Assembly: GCA_046538485.1 (NCBI GenBank)
Contig: JBKHIT010000024.1
Span: 1-64,000, forward strand
Length of the DNA stretch: 64,000 nt
Direction of reading: 5' to 3'
DNA from: Candidatus Brocadiia bacterium
Lineage (GTDB): Bacteria; Planctomycetota; Brocadiia; SM23-32
The notes beneath the pieces were generated by a model. The model made no database searches. It had not been told where the DNA came from and saw nothing but the letters and a program-made list of their open reading frames with translations. A program made the translations under genes and the position numbers. This document shows positions 10,498-20,229 of the stretch, one piece after another (position 1 is the stretch's first letter; each line of letters starts with the position of its first letter).

Positions 10498-10956
10498 ATG
10501 ATATATCATGGAGAAGAGCGCAGGAGAGTTGAACGGATTCCGTGTAAGGACGTTTGGCTTACTTATGAAACCGCCGGGGGCTTTCTGGCGAAACTTGTCG
10601 GACGCAAAAAAAAATCTAAAAAACCTCTTCCCGTCCGTAATATTTCGCGAGATGGAGTTTGTTTCCTCGCTAAAAAACGTCTCAAAGCCGGCCAAGTAAT
10701 TCATGTTCGGGTTAATCCCGGTCCTCGACAACCATGGATAAGGGCAGATGCGCAGGTTATCTGGTTGGGGGAAGGAGAAGGACGTTACGACTATCGCGTC
10801 GGGATTGGTTTTTCGAACGTCGAAAAGCCTGAATGGAAGAAGCTGCGGCGTATCAAGGAACTTGTTCGCACAAGAGAAGAGGCGTGGGAATCGTGGCGTT
10901 TAAGGGCTGAGGAGGCCGAAAATCGTGCGGCCGGTTCGTTTGATGAAGAAAAATAA
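10498..10956 (+). CDS. PilZ domain protein
   Basis: RRVER (RxxxR) and NISRDG (D/NxSxxG) c-di-GMP-binding motifs; GGAGG RBS upstream. Confidence 0.85.
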   Translation: MIYHGEERRRVERIPCKDVWLTYETAGGFLAKLVGRKKKSKKPLPVRNISRDGVCFLAKKRLKAGQVIHVRVNPGPRQPWIRADAQVIWLGEGEGRYDYRVGIGFSNVEKPEWKKLRRIKELVRTREEAWESWRLRAEEAENRAAGSFDEEK

Positions 10957-10984
10957 AACCGGCTGATGGAATTTCCGGGAGTCG

Positions 10985-11374
10985 ATGAGCATGGAATATA
11001 TTCTGGCTTTCCAGCTTTTATGTGGATTTTTTTCTGCATTTCTCGCCGTCCGGAAACACCGCAGCCTCACTGGTTGGTTTGCCATTGGTCTGCTTGTGCC
11101 CGTTGCCGGAGTTATTTTTGCCTGGGTGATCGGCCCTTATTCGCTTAAAGATTCGCAGAAGCAAAGCGATATGCCAACGGAAAAACCTGCGGGGAAACGC
11201 CCAAAGCGATGTTGCGGTTATTATGTTCCCGATTGTCAGGGTTGTCCCTACTTTGAAAAACCGTTGTTTGATAAATCCTTCGAGGGGGATAGGAAAGGGC
11301 GGTGCCGCTTTTACGGGCGAGTGCTCGAACAGAACGAGGAAGAGAAGAAAAGCCGCGCTATCGTTGAGGATTGA
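10985..11374 (+). CDS. Small membrane protein with Cys-rich C-terminus
   Basis: Two hydrophobic helices, then RCCGYYVPDCQGC...CRFY; GGGAG RBS; directly follows the PilZ gene. Confidence 0.65.
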   Translation: MSMEYILAFQLLCGFFSAFLAVRKHRSLTGWFAIGLLVPVAGVIFAWVIGPYSLKDSQKQSDMPTEKPAGKRPKRCCGYYVPDCQGCPYFEKPLFDKSFEGDRKGRCRFYGRVLEQNEEEKKSRAIVED

Positions 11375-11549
11375 GCCCAATTAGGGCGAATTTTTACAGA
11401 TTGTTTTTGCTGTGGGAATTGGCACGCTCCTTCGACTTTACTTGACTATCCGGGTATGCTTTGCTAAAAAGGGAGTTCTGGCATCTTGATCTTTCAAAGC
11501 TGCTGGAAGATAAAGGGTGTTTTTGGATTGCTATGGGAGGATTTCCTTG

Positions 11550-12992
11550 ATGACCATCAGGTGCCGAAAAATTTTTATGGTGGGGCTGACAGGTCTTGTT
11601 GTGTTCTTGGCAGCACCCCTTACTGTAATTGGTGGCGGGGCTGGTTCCAGTGCCGAAAGTCTGGTGACAGAATTGCGCGAGACTTCACCGGCGAGAAGGG
11701 CATCGGTTCGAGCCCGTCTCGTTGAGAAAGGTCGAGGAGTTGTGAGTGTTCTCTGCGAAGCCATAAAAGAGTATCCCACCGAAAGGGATGAAAATTACGT
11801 CACGAATTGCATTTTGGCACTTGGAGAAATCGGGCCTGCAGCCAGGGAGGAAGGTACTGATACCCTGGTCTCTATGCTCGCTTCTTCGTCGTCTCGTTAC
11901 CGTTATGTTGCTGCGAAAAGCCTTGGCCAGGTTTGGACTGGATCGAATCTGAGGAGCGAGAAGTTGCAGTCTATAAACGGAGCTCTACTGGCAGCAGTGT
12001 ACCGTGCACAGGGCGAAGCAATTTATGGGCCGGGCCTCGCTTTGGTGTATATAAACCGTATTTCGGTGGATTATGCGGGTGTAAGGAAAAAAAATCCTGA
12101 ATCGCTGCCAGCGTCCAATTTGAAAATACAGATTACAAAATGGTGCAGAAAGAATTCAGATCGACTCCCGCCTTTGGCCTCTCGCCCATGGCGCTTGCTG
12201 CTGGCTCAGTTTTCTATGGGACCCAGAACTGCGGACGGAGAAGAAGCCCGGAAACATCTGCTTAAGAAAAAACCCCTCGAGGCAACAGAACCGATCCTTT
12301 CTGTGCTTGGAGCCGACAAAGTTGAAAGACGGCAGTGGCAAGCCCATGCCGATCTGCTGAGCAAAATCACAGGTGTTGCCCTGAAAGAAACAGGATCTGA
12401 CGATCCCGGAAAAAGAGCCGAACTGATCGAGAAATGGCTTGGCAAGTGGCGAGATCATCTTAAAAAACACCCGGATAAACGACACACAGAATACAGTTTG
12501 TCACGATTTGAAAGCCTGGTTATGGGTTTCCAGAAGCGTCCCACGCCGCCGGAGAGAGAAAAAATATTCAAAATGCAAGACGTTGTCTTGAGCCAGCTCC
12601 AATCACCGGATCAGCTCCCCGAGAAAATGTCTGATCAAGCCAAAGCCCTCCTGGCCCCACCGCTTCGAAAAAAGGCGAGCTTTAAAAGTGCTTTGAAAGC
12701 CCTGAAGGAAGGGAAAATGTGGCATGAGCGCCGCAAACAGCTCGAACAGATGATAGAAGTTGCAGAGAGTCAAATAGGGAAAGATATTGCCGCTCAGTAT
12801 CTGGATGGGTTGAAGGAACAAATTACGAAGGAAGAAAATAAGCAGGTTCTGAACGAGTATTCCCGACTCCTGCGCACTGTCACTAGCGTACCTATCCGTT
12901 TCAGCAGCGAAAGCGCCGAACAACGGGTTCACGCATTCGAAAAGTGGCGGGAAAAAGTGGAAGAACATGGAGCTCCCAAATCCGGGGACTGA
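11550..12992 (+). CDS. Exported HEAT-repeat-like hypothetical protein
   Basis: GGGAGG RBS, signal-like hydrophobic N-terminus, HEAT-like segments (ILALGEIG...RYVAAKSLG). Confidence 0.7.
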   Translation: MTIRCRKIFMVGLTGLVVFLAAPLTVIGGGAGSSAESLVTELRETSPARRASVRARLVEKGRGVVSVLCEAIKEYPTERDENYVTNCILALGEIGPAAREEGTDTLVSMLASSSSRYRYVAAKSLGQVWTGSNLRSEKLQSINGALLAAVYRAQGEAIYGPGLALVYINRISVDYAGVRKKNPESLPASNLKIQITKWCRKNSDRLPPLASRPWRLLLAQFSMGPRTADGEEARKHLLKKKPLEATEPILSVLGADKVERRQWQAHADLLSKITGVALKETGSDDPGKRAELIEKWLGKWRDHLKKHPDKRHTEYSLSRFESLVMGFQKRPTPPEREKIFKMQDVVLSQLQSPDQLPEKMSDQAKALLAPPLRKKASFKSALKALKEGKMWHERRKQLEQMIEVAESQIGKDIAAQYLDGLKEQITKEENKQVLNEYSRLLRTVTSVPIRFSSESAEQRVHAFEKWREKVEEHGAPKSGD

Positions 12993-13347
12993 AGTAACAA
13001 AAAGGATTTTTCCAATTGGGACCGGTGGCAAGAATTATCGTGTTTGCTTATGCCTTTTGCGGAAAGCTCTTACTCCTGCCGCGTGAGGAGTCCATTTGTT
13101 CTGTCTCGCCAGCTTCTAATATCTTTTTGTGTGGGGTTACTCCTAAAAAAAGCAGCGAATAAGGGACCCGCGGCCAAAACCTTGTGTTGAAACCCGATCG
13201 TTCCGATTTTATGATACCCTCGTGAGGATCGAGGAACTGATAATTTTTCTGGCCCGGAATGCCGTTAGATAATTCCGGAAGAAAACTTTTTGGAAGAGGG
13301 TTTTTGTGTTTATCACAACGGGGAAGAGCGGTGCTTATCTGGCAAGA

Positions 13348-15543
13348 ATGAAGATTTTGACCATTGCCCTTCTGTTTATATCCTTCGCGGGCCGAGCGAC
13401 AGCGCAGCTGAATAACCCCTACCCGGCATCAGAGACCAAGGAAAAGATCTATTACAGCGATTTCGATGAGCGACCAAAACACCTTGATCCTGCGGTTGCT
13501 TACAGCTCCGACGAATACAGGTTCCTCTGCCAGATCTACGAGCCCCTCGTTCAGTATCATTACTTGAAAAGGCCGTATCAACTTGTGCCGCTTACGGCGG
13601 TAAAATTGCCAGAGTGCGAGTATTTTGACAAAGAAGGCAATCCACTTTCGCTGGATGCTCCCGCCGAAAAAGTCCACCGGTCAGTGTGGACCATCACGAT
13701 TCAGAAGGGGATTCTGTTTCAGGAACACCCCTGTTTTGCCCGAGATGAAGAGGGTGAGTTTCTGTACCTCAATTTGGGAGAAAAAGATTGCGAGGATATC
13801 CATTCCTTGTTTGATTTCGAAAAAACGGGGACCCGTGAATTAAGAGCGAAAGATTACGTATATGAGATTAAACGTCTTGCGGATCCGCGCCTCCAGTGTC
13901 CGATTTTTGCCTCCGTTGTTGCGAAGTATATCGTTGGGATGAGATCTTATTCCCGCGATCTTACCGGGAGACTTGAAGAGATCCGCGAAAAAAGAAAACG
14001 CGAAAAAGGTATACTTTACAACCGCGCAAAAAACGAGAAAAGAAATCCGATTGTTCTTGATTATAAGAGCATTCCTTGCGAGGGGTTGGAAGTTGTCGAC
14101 GATTACACGTTCAAAATTACGCTCAACCAGAAGTATCCTCAGTTTCGATATTGGCTGGCGATGCCGTTTTTTGCTCCTATGCCCGAGGAGGCGATACGGT
14201 TCTACAGTCAGGAGCAGACGATTGATCGAAATATTGTTCTGGACTGGTTCCCGATTGGGACGGGGGCCTTTCGCATGGCAAAATACCAACCCAATTGGCG
14301 AGTCGTGCTGGCCCGTAACGAGAATTTTCGGGGGGAGCGTTACCCATTGGAAGGAGATGAAGGGGACCGGGCGGCCGGGTTGCTGGCGGACGCCGGCCGT
14401 GAACTCCCTCTCATTGATAAAGCCGTCTACAGCATGGAAAGGGAGTTCATGCCTCGCTGGCAGAAATTCCTCCAGGGTTACTACGATATATCAGGGATTT
14501 CATCAGATAACTTCACCCGCGTTATGGATCTTTCGGGGGTCGAAGAACGACTGAGCAAAAAGATGAAAAAACGAGGTATCCGACTGAGCACCTCGGTGGA
14601 TACCACGATATTCTATCTCGGTTTCAATATGGCCGATGAAATGTTGGGGGGGCTGGAAGAAGAGAGATGCAAACTGCGGCAGGCTATTTCAATCGCTATC
14701 AATCGGGAAGAATACATTCAGATTTTTCTCAACGGGCGCGGGATTGTCGCCCAAAGCCCTATTCCGCCGGGCATCTTTGGACACCAGGGCAGCAAACAGG
14801 GAGTGAATTCTTTCACCCATCGATGGGACGAGGAAAGCGAGATGATCAAGCGCAGGAGTCTCAAAGATGCCCGTAAACTCTTGGAGCAGGCCGGGTACCC
14901 GAACGGGATGGGACCGGACGGGAAGAGGCTGGCAATTGAGTACACCACGGTCCAAAGGCCGGGTAATGCGGCGCGATTGAATTGGTTGAAAGAGCAGTTC
15001 GAGAAGTTGAATATCCGGCTCGTGATTAATGAGACCGACTACAATCGTTTCCGTACAAAAATCAGCACGGGCAACTTTCAGACTTTCATGTGGGGTTGGA
15101 ATGCGGACTACCCGGATCCGGAGAATTTTTTGTTCCTGCTGTATGGTCCGAACGGCAAAATGAAATACAATGGGGAGAATGCTGCCAATTATTCAAATCC
15201 GGAATATGACCGCCTGTTCGAGAGAATGAAAGCAATGCGCAATTCGCCCGAGCGGCTGAAAATCATAAAACGCATGATTGAAATCGTGCGTCACGATGCC
15301 CCCTGGGAATTCGGTTTCTACACCAAATCCTATGCGCTTTATCATAAATGGGTTTCAAACGTTAAACCAAACAAGATGGCAAATAATTCCTTGAAGTACC
15401 GCGATATTGAGTATAAAGCGCGAAACGAATACAGGAAACAATACAATCAACCGCGGTGGGGAGTGGTGGTTCTCGCGCTGGCAATTATCATCGGCGTTCT
15501 GGTACCTGGGGTTATCAAATCGGTGAGAGGAGAGCTCAACTGA
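13348..15543 (+). CDS. Peptide/nickel ABC transporter substrate-binding protein (family 5) with C-terminal TM helix
   Basis: Signal peptide, HLDPAVAY, PIGTGAF, WNADYPDPENF; hydrophobic C-terminal tail. Confidence 0.9.
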   Translation: MKILTIALLFISFAGRATAQLNNPYPASETKEKIYYSDFDERPKHLDPAVAYSSDEYRFLCQIYEPLVQYHYLKRPYQLVPLTAVKLPECEYFDKEGNPLSLDAPAEKVHRSVWTITIQKGILFQEHPCFARDEEGEFLYLNLGEKDCEDIHSLFDFEKTGTRELRAKDYVYEIKRLADPRLQCPIFASVVAKYIVGMRSYSRDLTGRLEEIREKRKREKGILYNRAKNEKRNPIVLDYKSIPCEGLEVVDDYTFKITLNQKYPQFRYWLAMPFFAPMPEEAIRFYSQEQTIDRNIVLDWFPIGTGAFRMAKYQPNWRVVLARNENFRGERYPLEGDEGDRAAGLLADAGRELPLIDKAVYSMEREFMPRWQKFLQGYYDISGISSDNFTRVMDLSGVEERLSKKMKKRGIRLSTSVDTTIFYLGFNMADEMLGGLEEERCKLRQAISIAINREEYIQIFLNGRGIVAQSPIPPGIFGHQGSKQGVNSFTHRWDEESEMIKRRSLKDARKLLEQAGYPNGMGPDGKRLAIEYTTVQRPGNAARLNWLKEQFEKLNIRLVINETDYNRFRTKISTGNFQTFMWGWNADYPDPENFLFLLYGPNGKMKYNGENAANYSNPEYDRLFERMKAMRNSPERLKIIKRMIEIVRHDAPWEFGFYTKSYALYHKWVSNVKPNKMANNSLKYRDIEYKARNEYRKQYNQPRWGVVVLALAIIIGVLVPGVIKSVRGELN

Positions 15544-16955
15544 TGTGGGCCTACATCGTCAGGCGAGTGCTCTACTCGGTTCCAATCCTGATCTGTGTCA
15601 ATCTAATTACGTTCTTTCTTTTTTTCTATGTGAATACTCCCGACGATGTTGCTCATACAGTTCTGGGCCGCAAATATGGAAGTCCGGCCAATGTTTATTC
15701 CTGGAAACGGGAGCATCAGTATCATCTCCCGATGTTCCTCAATCTCAAGGACCGCATCCTTTATGCAAACGGTGAGGGAACTATCCCCGACGATATTAAG
15801 CAGGTTTTCAAAGGATATAAAATCGATAGCTGCCGGCTGAACCGAGAAACTCTGCTCGGTAAACATGCGGCCGACGAGAATGACGATAAAGACAAGGAAG
15901 AAGAATATCTGGAAACATTCCGGAAAAGAGTTTCCAGCATTAAGAAAAACATGGGGGGCAACGAGGTTGTGATGGTAGACTGGCCCGATATGCAGGACGA
16001 CGAAGCCAGAATTTTTCGTTCTGTGCTGGAAAAAAGTGTTCCTTTTATTTGCCTGTTACGGGGCGATGCGACGATTCCTGATCCCCTCAATCTGCCGGTG
16101 GTAGCCCCGGTTTCTGTGCCGAAAGACTCGGGGGAGAGCGAACAGTTCGAAGAGCTACGAAGGACCATTGATGCACGGCAGGCCCGGGGGTTGGAGATCT
16201 TTTCGAATACAGTTTTTTTCAAAAAATCAGTCCGTTTGTTCTGGTTTCAATTCGGAAAATCTGACCGCGGCGATCACGACATCAGCCGGGAAGTTGTGAC
16301 AAGGATGGGGCCGTCTTTGATGATAACCGTGCCCGCCTTTGTTCTCGGGCTGGGGCTCAACATTTTCATTGCAATGATTGTCGCATATTGTCGTGGGACG
16401 TACGTAGACCGCATGATGGCGATTGTCTGTATCATCATAATGTCGGTATTATCCCTGTTCTACTATTTCAGCGTTCAGCTTGTCTTCGGCGTCTGGTTGA
16501 AAGTTTTTCCTGTCTCGGGATTTCTGCCGGGTCTTTCGGCCTGGCGATTCGTGCTTTTGCCGATTGCGGTGTCGGTTTTCATCGGGATCGGCCGGGGTGT
16601 GAGATTTTATCGAACGATATTTCTTGAGGAAACAAACAAAGAGTACGTACGTACCGCTCGTGCCAAAGGCATGACCCAGTTTGTGGTTCTATTCAAACAT
16701 GTGCTGAAAAATGCGATGATACCTATTCTGACAAACGTTGTACTTGTGATTCCCATGCTTTTCATGGGGAGTCTGATTCTGGAATCGTTTTTTGCCATTC
16801 CCGGCCTGGGAAGGTTCACACTTGAAGGAATTCAAGCCCAGGATTTTCGGATTGTTGGATCGATGGTTTACCTCGGTTCTTTTCTGTATATCGTTGGCTT
16901 AATACTAACTGATATCAGTTACACACTTGTTGATCCCCGCGTAAGGCTGGAGTAG
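15543..16955 (+). CDS. Peptide ABC transporter permease (OppB/DppB-like) with large loop insertion
   Basis: MWAYIVRR start overlapping the upstream stop; EYVRTARAKG...HVLKNA; YTLVDPRVR. Confidence 0.9.
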   Translation: MWAYIVRRVLYSVPILICVNLITFFLFFYVNTPDDVAHTVLGRKYGSPANVYSWKREHQYHLPMFLNLKDRILYANGEGTIPDDIKQVFKGYKIDSCRLNRETLLGKHAADENDDKDKEEEYLETFRKRVSSIKKNMGGNEVVMVDWPDMQDDEARIFRSVLEKSVPFICLLRGDATIPDPLNLPVVAPVSVPKDSGESEQFEELRRTIDARQARGLEIFSNTVFFKKSVRLFWFQFGKSDRGDHDISREVVTRMGPSLMITVPAFVLGLGLNIFIAMIVAYCRGTYVDRMMAIVCIIIMSVLSLFYYFSVQLVFGVWLKVFPVSGFLPGLSAWRFVLLPIAVSVFIGIGRGVRFYRTIFLEETNKEYVRTARAKGMTQFVVLFKHVLKNAMIPILTNVVLVIPMLFMGSLILESFFAIPGLGRFTLEGIQAQDFRIVGSMVYLGSFLYIVGLILTDISYTLVDPRVRLE

Positions 16956-18149
16956 ATGAAACCCGTCCTTCTGTACAGCGACATATTTGTTTTCGTCTTT
17001 CTTGCACTGCTCCTGGTGCTGTTTCTGTGGGGCCGGAGGAGGGAAGATTATCGCGAAGCAGCGGGGCGGGTGTTGAAGAACAAGTGGGCCCTGCTTTGTA
17101 CATTGGTGATCGTACTCTACGGGTGTGTGGCATTCCTCGACTCGCTTCATTTTAAAAAAGCTCTTCGAACCGAAAACGGTGCCGTGCAAAAGGATCAGAA
17201 AGGCGAAATTAGCTATGGCGAAATGTGGTCGGTCCTCGATGCCTTTATGGTCGAATTTTACCCGGGAATTCGCGAGGAAAAAGGCCAAATTGATATCAGT
17301 TTTGAGAAGTCTTATTCCGCTCCTTTTGCCTCGAAAACGTTCGACATGATTCAGGACGAAAAGACGGGGGACTGGCATCGGGAAAACCTCAAAATTCCCG
17401 GTGGGCATTTCTGGGGAACCGGCAAAGCCGGCGGAGATGTGTTTTACAAATTGGTAAAAGGTATCCGAACTGCGCTCATTGTCGGTTTGGCAACGACCTT
17501 GATTGTGATCCCGTTCGCCATTGTTTTCGGCGTTACGGCTGGCTATTTCGGAGGTTTCGTCGACGATGTAATTCAATTCATCTACATCACATTGGGAAGC
17601 ATTCCCGGGATCCTGCTTATCAGTGCGATGATGATCATTGTGCAGGCAAAGGTGAAAACCGGCACGGCCGATGCGGCAACGATCTATCTGCAGGAAGACA
17701 AAGTTGTGCTTTTCCTCTGTGCGATTCTGGGTCTCGCCGGGTGGTCGGGTCTCTGCCGCTTGCTACGAGGAGAAACAATTAAAATTCGCGAACTCGATTA
17801 TGTACAGGCCGCTCGTTCCCTCGGGGCAAGCCACGCGAGCATTATCGTCAAACATATCATCCCCAATGTCATTCACGTGGTTTTGATCAGTTCCATTCTC
17901 CGATTCAGCGGGCTTGTCATGGTGGAGGCTATCCTGGCCTACATTAAGATCGGAGTTCCCAAGACCATCCACAGCTGGGGTCGTGTGGTGGACGGGGCGC
18001 GCGAACAGTTGGGCCGCGATCCTGTCATCTGGTGGCCGGTGCTGGGTGCATTCATCATGATGTTTTTGCTTGTGCTTTCGATTAACGTGTTTGGTGACGC
18101 TGTGCGGGATGCCCTTGATCCAAAACTGAGAACGGGAACAAATGCCTGA
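16956..18149 (+). CDS. Peptide ABC transporter permease (OppC/DppC-like)
   Basis: HFWGT, DYVQAARSLGAS, GDAVRDALDPK. Confidence 0.9.
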   Translation: MKPVLLYSDIFVFVFLALLLVLFLWGRRREDYREAAGRVLKNKWALLCTLVIVLYGCVAFLDSLHFKKALRTENGAVQKDQKGEISYGEMWSVLDAFMVEFYPGIREEKGQIDISFEKSYSAPFASKTFDMIQDEKTGDWHRENLKIPGGHFWGTGKAGGDVFYKLVKGIRTALIVGLATTLIVIPFAIVFGVTAGYFGGFVDDVIQFIYITLGSIPGILLISAMMIIVQAKVKTGTADAATIYLQEDKVVLFLCAILGLAGWSGLCRLLRGETIKIRELDYVQAARSLGASHASIIVKHIIPNVIHVVLISSILRFSGLVMVEAILAYIKIGVPKTIHSWGRVVDGAREQLGRDPVIWWPVLGAFIMMFLLVLSINVFGDAVRDALDPKLRTGTNA

Positions 18150-20169
18150 AGCAGATCAAAATGAAGTGTTGCTGGAAGTAAGCAATCTGTATACCCGTTT
18201 CAGCACACCCGACGGGACGTCGCGAGCGGTGAACGGTGTTGATTTCCAGCTCCGGCGGGGTGAAACGCTGGCGATTGTTGGCGAATCCGGATGCGGAAAA
18301 TCCGTGACCGCCCAATCGATTATGCAGATCCTCCAGAAGCCTTCGGGTTCGGTGGAGGCCGGAAAAGTGCTTTTTGAGGGCACCGATATCCTTGAACTAC
18401 CGGAACCACGAAAACGCGAGATTCGTGGCAACCGAATCTCTATGATTTTTCAGGAGCCGCAGAGCAGTCTGAATCCGGTCTACACCATCGGGAATCAGCT
18501 GGAAGAGGTCTTTAGAGTCCACAGGGATATGAGTCGAGACGAAATACGCTCGGAGAGTGTGCGAATGCTGGAACTTGTCGGCATCCCGGATCCCGAAAAA
18601 CGTCTCAGCGAATACCCTCATCAATTATCAGGTGGTATGAAACAGCGCGTGATGATTGCTATGGCGGCGGCGTGCCATCCGGATGTGTTGATTGCCGACG
18701 AGCCGACCACCGCCCTTGATGTTACAATTCAGGCCCAGGTCCTTTCGCTTATCGACGAACTCGGGGAAGAACTTAACACCGCTGTGCTCCTCATCACGCA
18801 TGATCTGGGGGTGGTCAAACAGGTGGCAGACCGCGTGGGAGTGATGTACACGGGGAGAATTGTGGAAAGCGCTTCCTGTGATGAACTTTTTGCGCATCCG
18901 CTCCATCCATACACCCGGAAACTTCTGGAGTCAATTCCTTCAAGCATGGGACGAGGGGAAGATTTATCGGTTATCCCGGGTTCGGTACCTTCTGCAGTTG
19001 ATTTGCCGCCAGGGTGTACGTTTGCTGATCGTTGTTTTGCGGCACAGGAAGATTGTCGGGAAAGCTTTCCGCCGCTCGAAGAAGTTAGCTCCAACCATTT
19101 TGTCGCGTGCTACCACTGGGAGACCCAGGAAGAAGAGCGGCAGAGTGAGCCAACGGAGGAAGCAAAAGCCAAGGAACATGTGGGCGACGATCTGCGAATA
19201 AAAGCGCTGAAAGTTTACTATCCGATCCGTAAGGGGATTTTCAAGACGGTGGTGGGGCAGGTTCGAGCAGTGGATGGGGTGAATCTGCTGGTCGAGCGCG
19301 GCCGAACCACCGCTCTGGTCGGAGAATCAGGCTGCGGCAAAACGACGCTTGGGAAAGCCATCGTGGGCCTGGAAGAGATTAACGGGGGAACAATACATTA
19401 CGGAGATCTTGATGTCTCTTCGGTAAAAGGTTGGAAGGCCAGGGAACTGCGACGCCAGATTCAGATTGTTTTTCAGGACCCATATTCGTCGCTTAACCCG
19501 CGAATGAGAGTTCAGGATATCGTCGGAGAAGGACTGAAAATTCACAATTTGAGCCGGAACAAAAACCAGTACCAAGAGAGAATCAGGGAGTTACTGCAGA
19601 TGGTGGGACTTTCCCCGGGGGATCGGCTCCGGTACCCGCACGAATTTTCCGGTGGGCAGAGACAGCGCATCTGCATTGCGCGTGCGCTGTCGGTGGATCC
19701 TGAGTGTGTTGTCTGTGATGAAGCGACCAGTGCGTTGGATGTTTCGGTTCAGGCCCAAATATTAAACTTGCTCACGCAACTCCAGGGTGAACTCGGTCTG
19801 ACCTACCTTTTTATAACCCACGATCTTTCTGTGGTGGAGTATTTCGCTGATTACATTTACGTAATGTACGTGGGAGAAATTGTCGAGGAAGGTCCTGTGG
19901 AGGAGATTTTTGGCCATCCGCGCCACCCCTATACCCGGGCGTTGCTTTCTTCAGCACCCAAGGTGGATGAGACGACAGGGCTGGAGAAAATCCACCTCGA
20001 AGGCCCGGTTCCCTCGCCCATCGACCCACCGGCCGGGTGTCGTTTTCATCCGCGCTGCCCGGAGGTCCGGGAGCTCTGTCGGCACAAAACTCCCCATGTT
20101 TTCAAAAGCGATGAGGGGGGGGTGTGCTGCCACATGTATGATGAGGCCGAAGCACCTGCGTGGGAATAG
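18142..20169 (+). CDS. Peptide ABC transporter ATP-binding protein with two fused NBDs (OppD/OppF-like)
   Basis: Two GESGCGK Walker A motifs, LSGGMKQR and FSGGQRQR signatures, two HPYT and Cys-rich C-terminal motifs. Confidence 0.93.
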   Translation: MPEADQNEVLLEVSNLYTRFSTPDGTSRAVNGVDFQLRRGETLAIVGESGCGKSVTAQSIMQILQKPSGSVEAGKVLFEGTDILELPEPRKREIRGNRISMIFQEPQSSLNPVYTIGNQLEEVFRVHRDMSRDEIRSESVRMLELVGIPDPEKRLSEYPHQLSGGMKQRVMIAMAAACHPDVLIADEPTTALDVTIQAQVLSLIDELGEELNTAVLLITHDLGVVKQVADRVGVMYTGRIVESASCDELFAHPLHPYTRKLLESIPSSMGRGEDLSVIPGSVPSAVDLPPGCTFADRCFAAQEDCRESFPPLEEVSSNHFVACYHWETQEEERQSEPTEEAKAKEHVGDDLRIKALKVYYPIRKGIFKTVVGQVRAVDGVNLLVERGRTTALVGESGCGKTTLGKAIVGLEEINGGTIHYGDLDVSSVKGWKARELRRQIQIVFQDPYSSLNPRMRVQDIVGEGLKIHNLSRNKNQYQERIRELLQMVGLSPGDRLRYPHEFSGGQRQRICIARALSVDPECVVCDEATSALDVSVQAQILNLLTQLQGELGLTYLFITHDLSVVEYFADYIYVMYVGEIVEEGPVEEIFGHPRHPYTRALLSSAPKVDETTGLEKIHLEGPVPSPIDPPAGCRFHPRCPEVRELCRHKTPHVFKSDEGGVCCHMYDEAEAPAWE

Positions 20170-20229
20170 ATCTTCTCGTCCGGCAAAGTCCGCTTGAATG
20201 TTGGAAACCCGGCGGGACTTTCGTATCAG

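Noticed and set aside
11418..11436. Sigma54 promoter (TGGCACG)
   Set aside because: It lacks a correctly spaced TTGC -12 element, as do the other TGGCAC hits examined.
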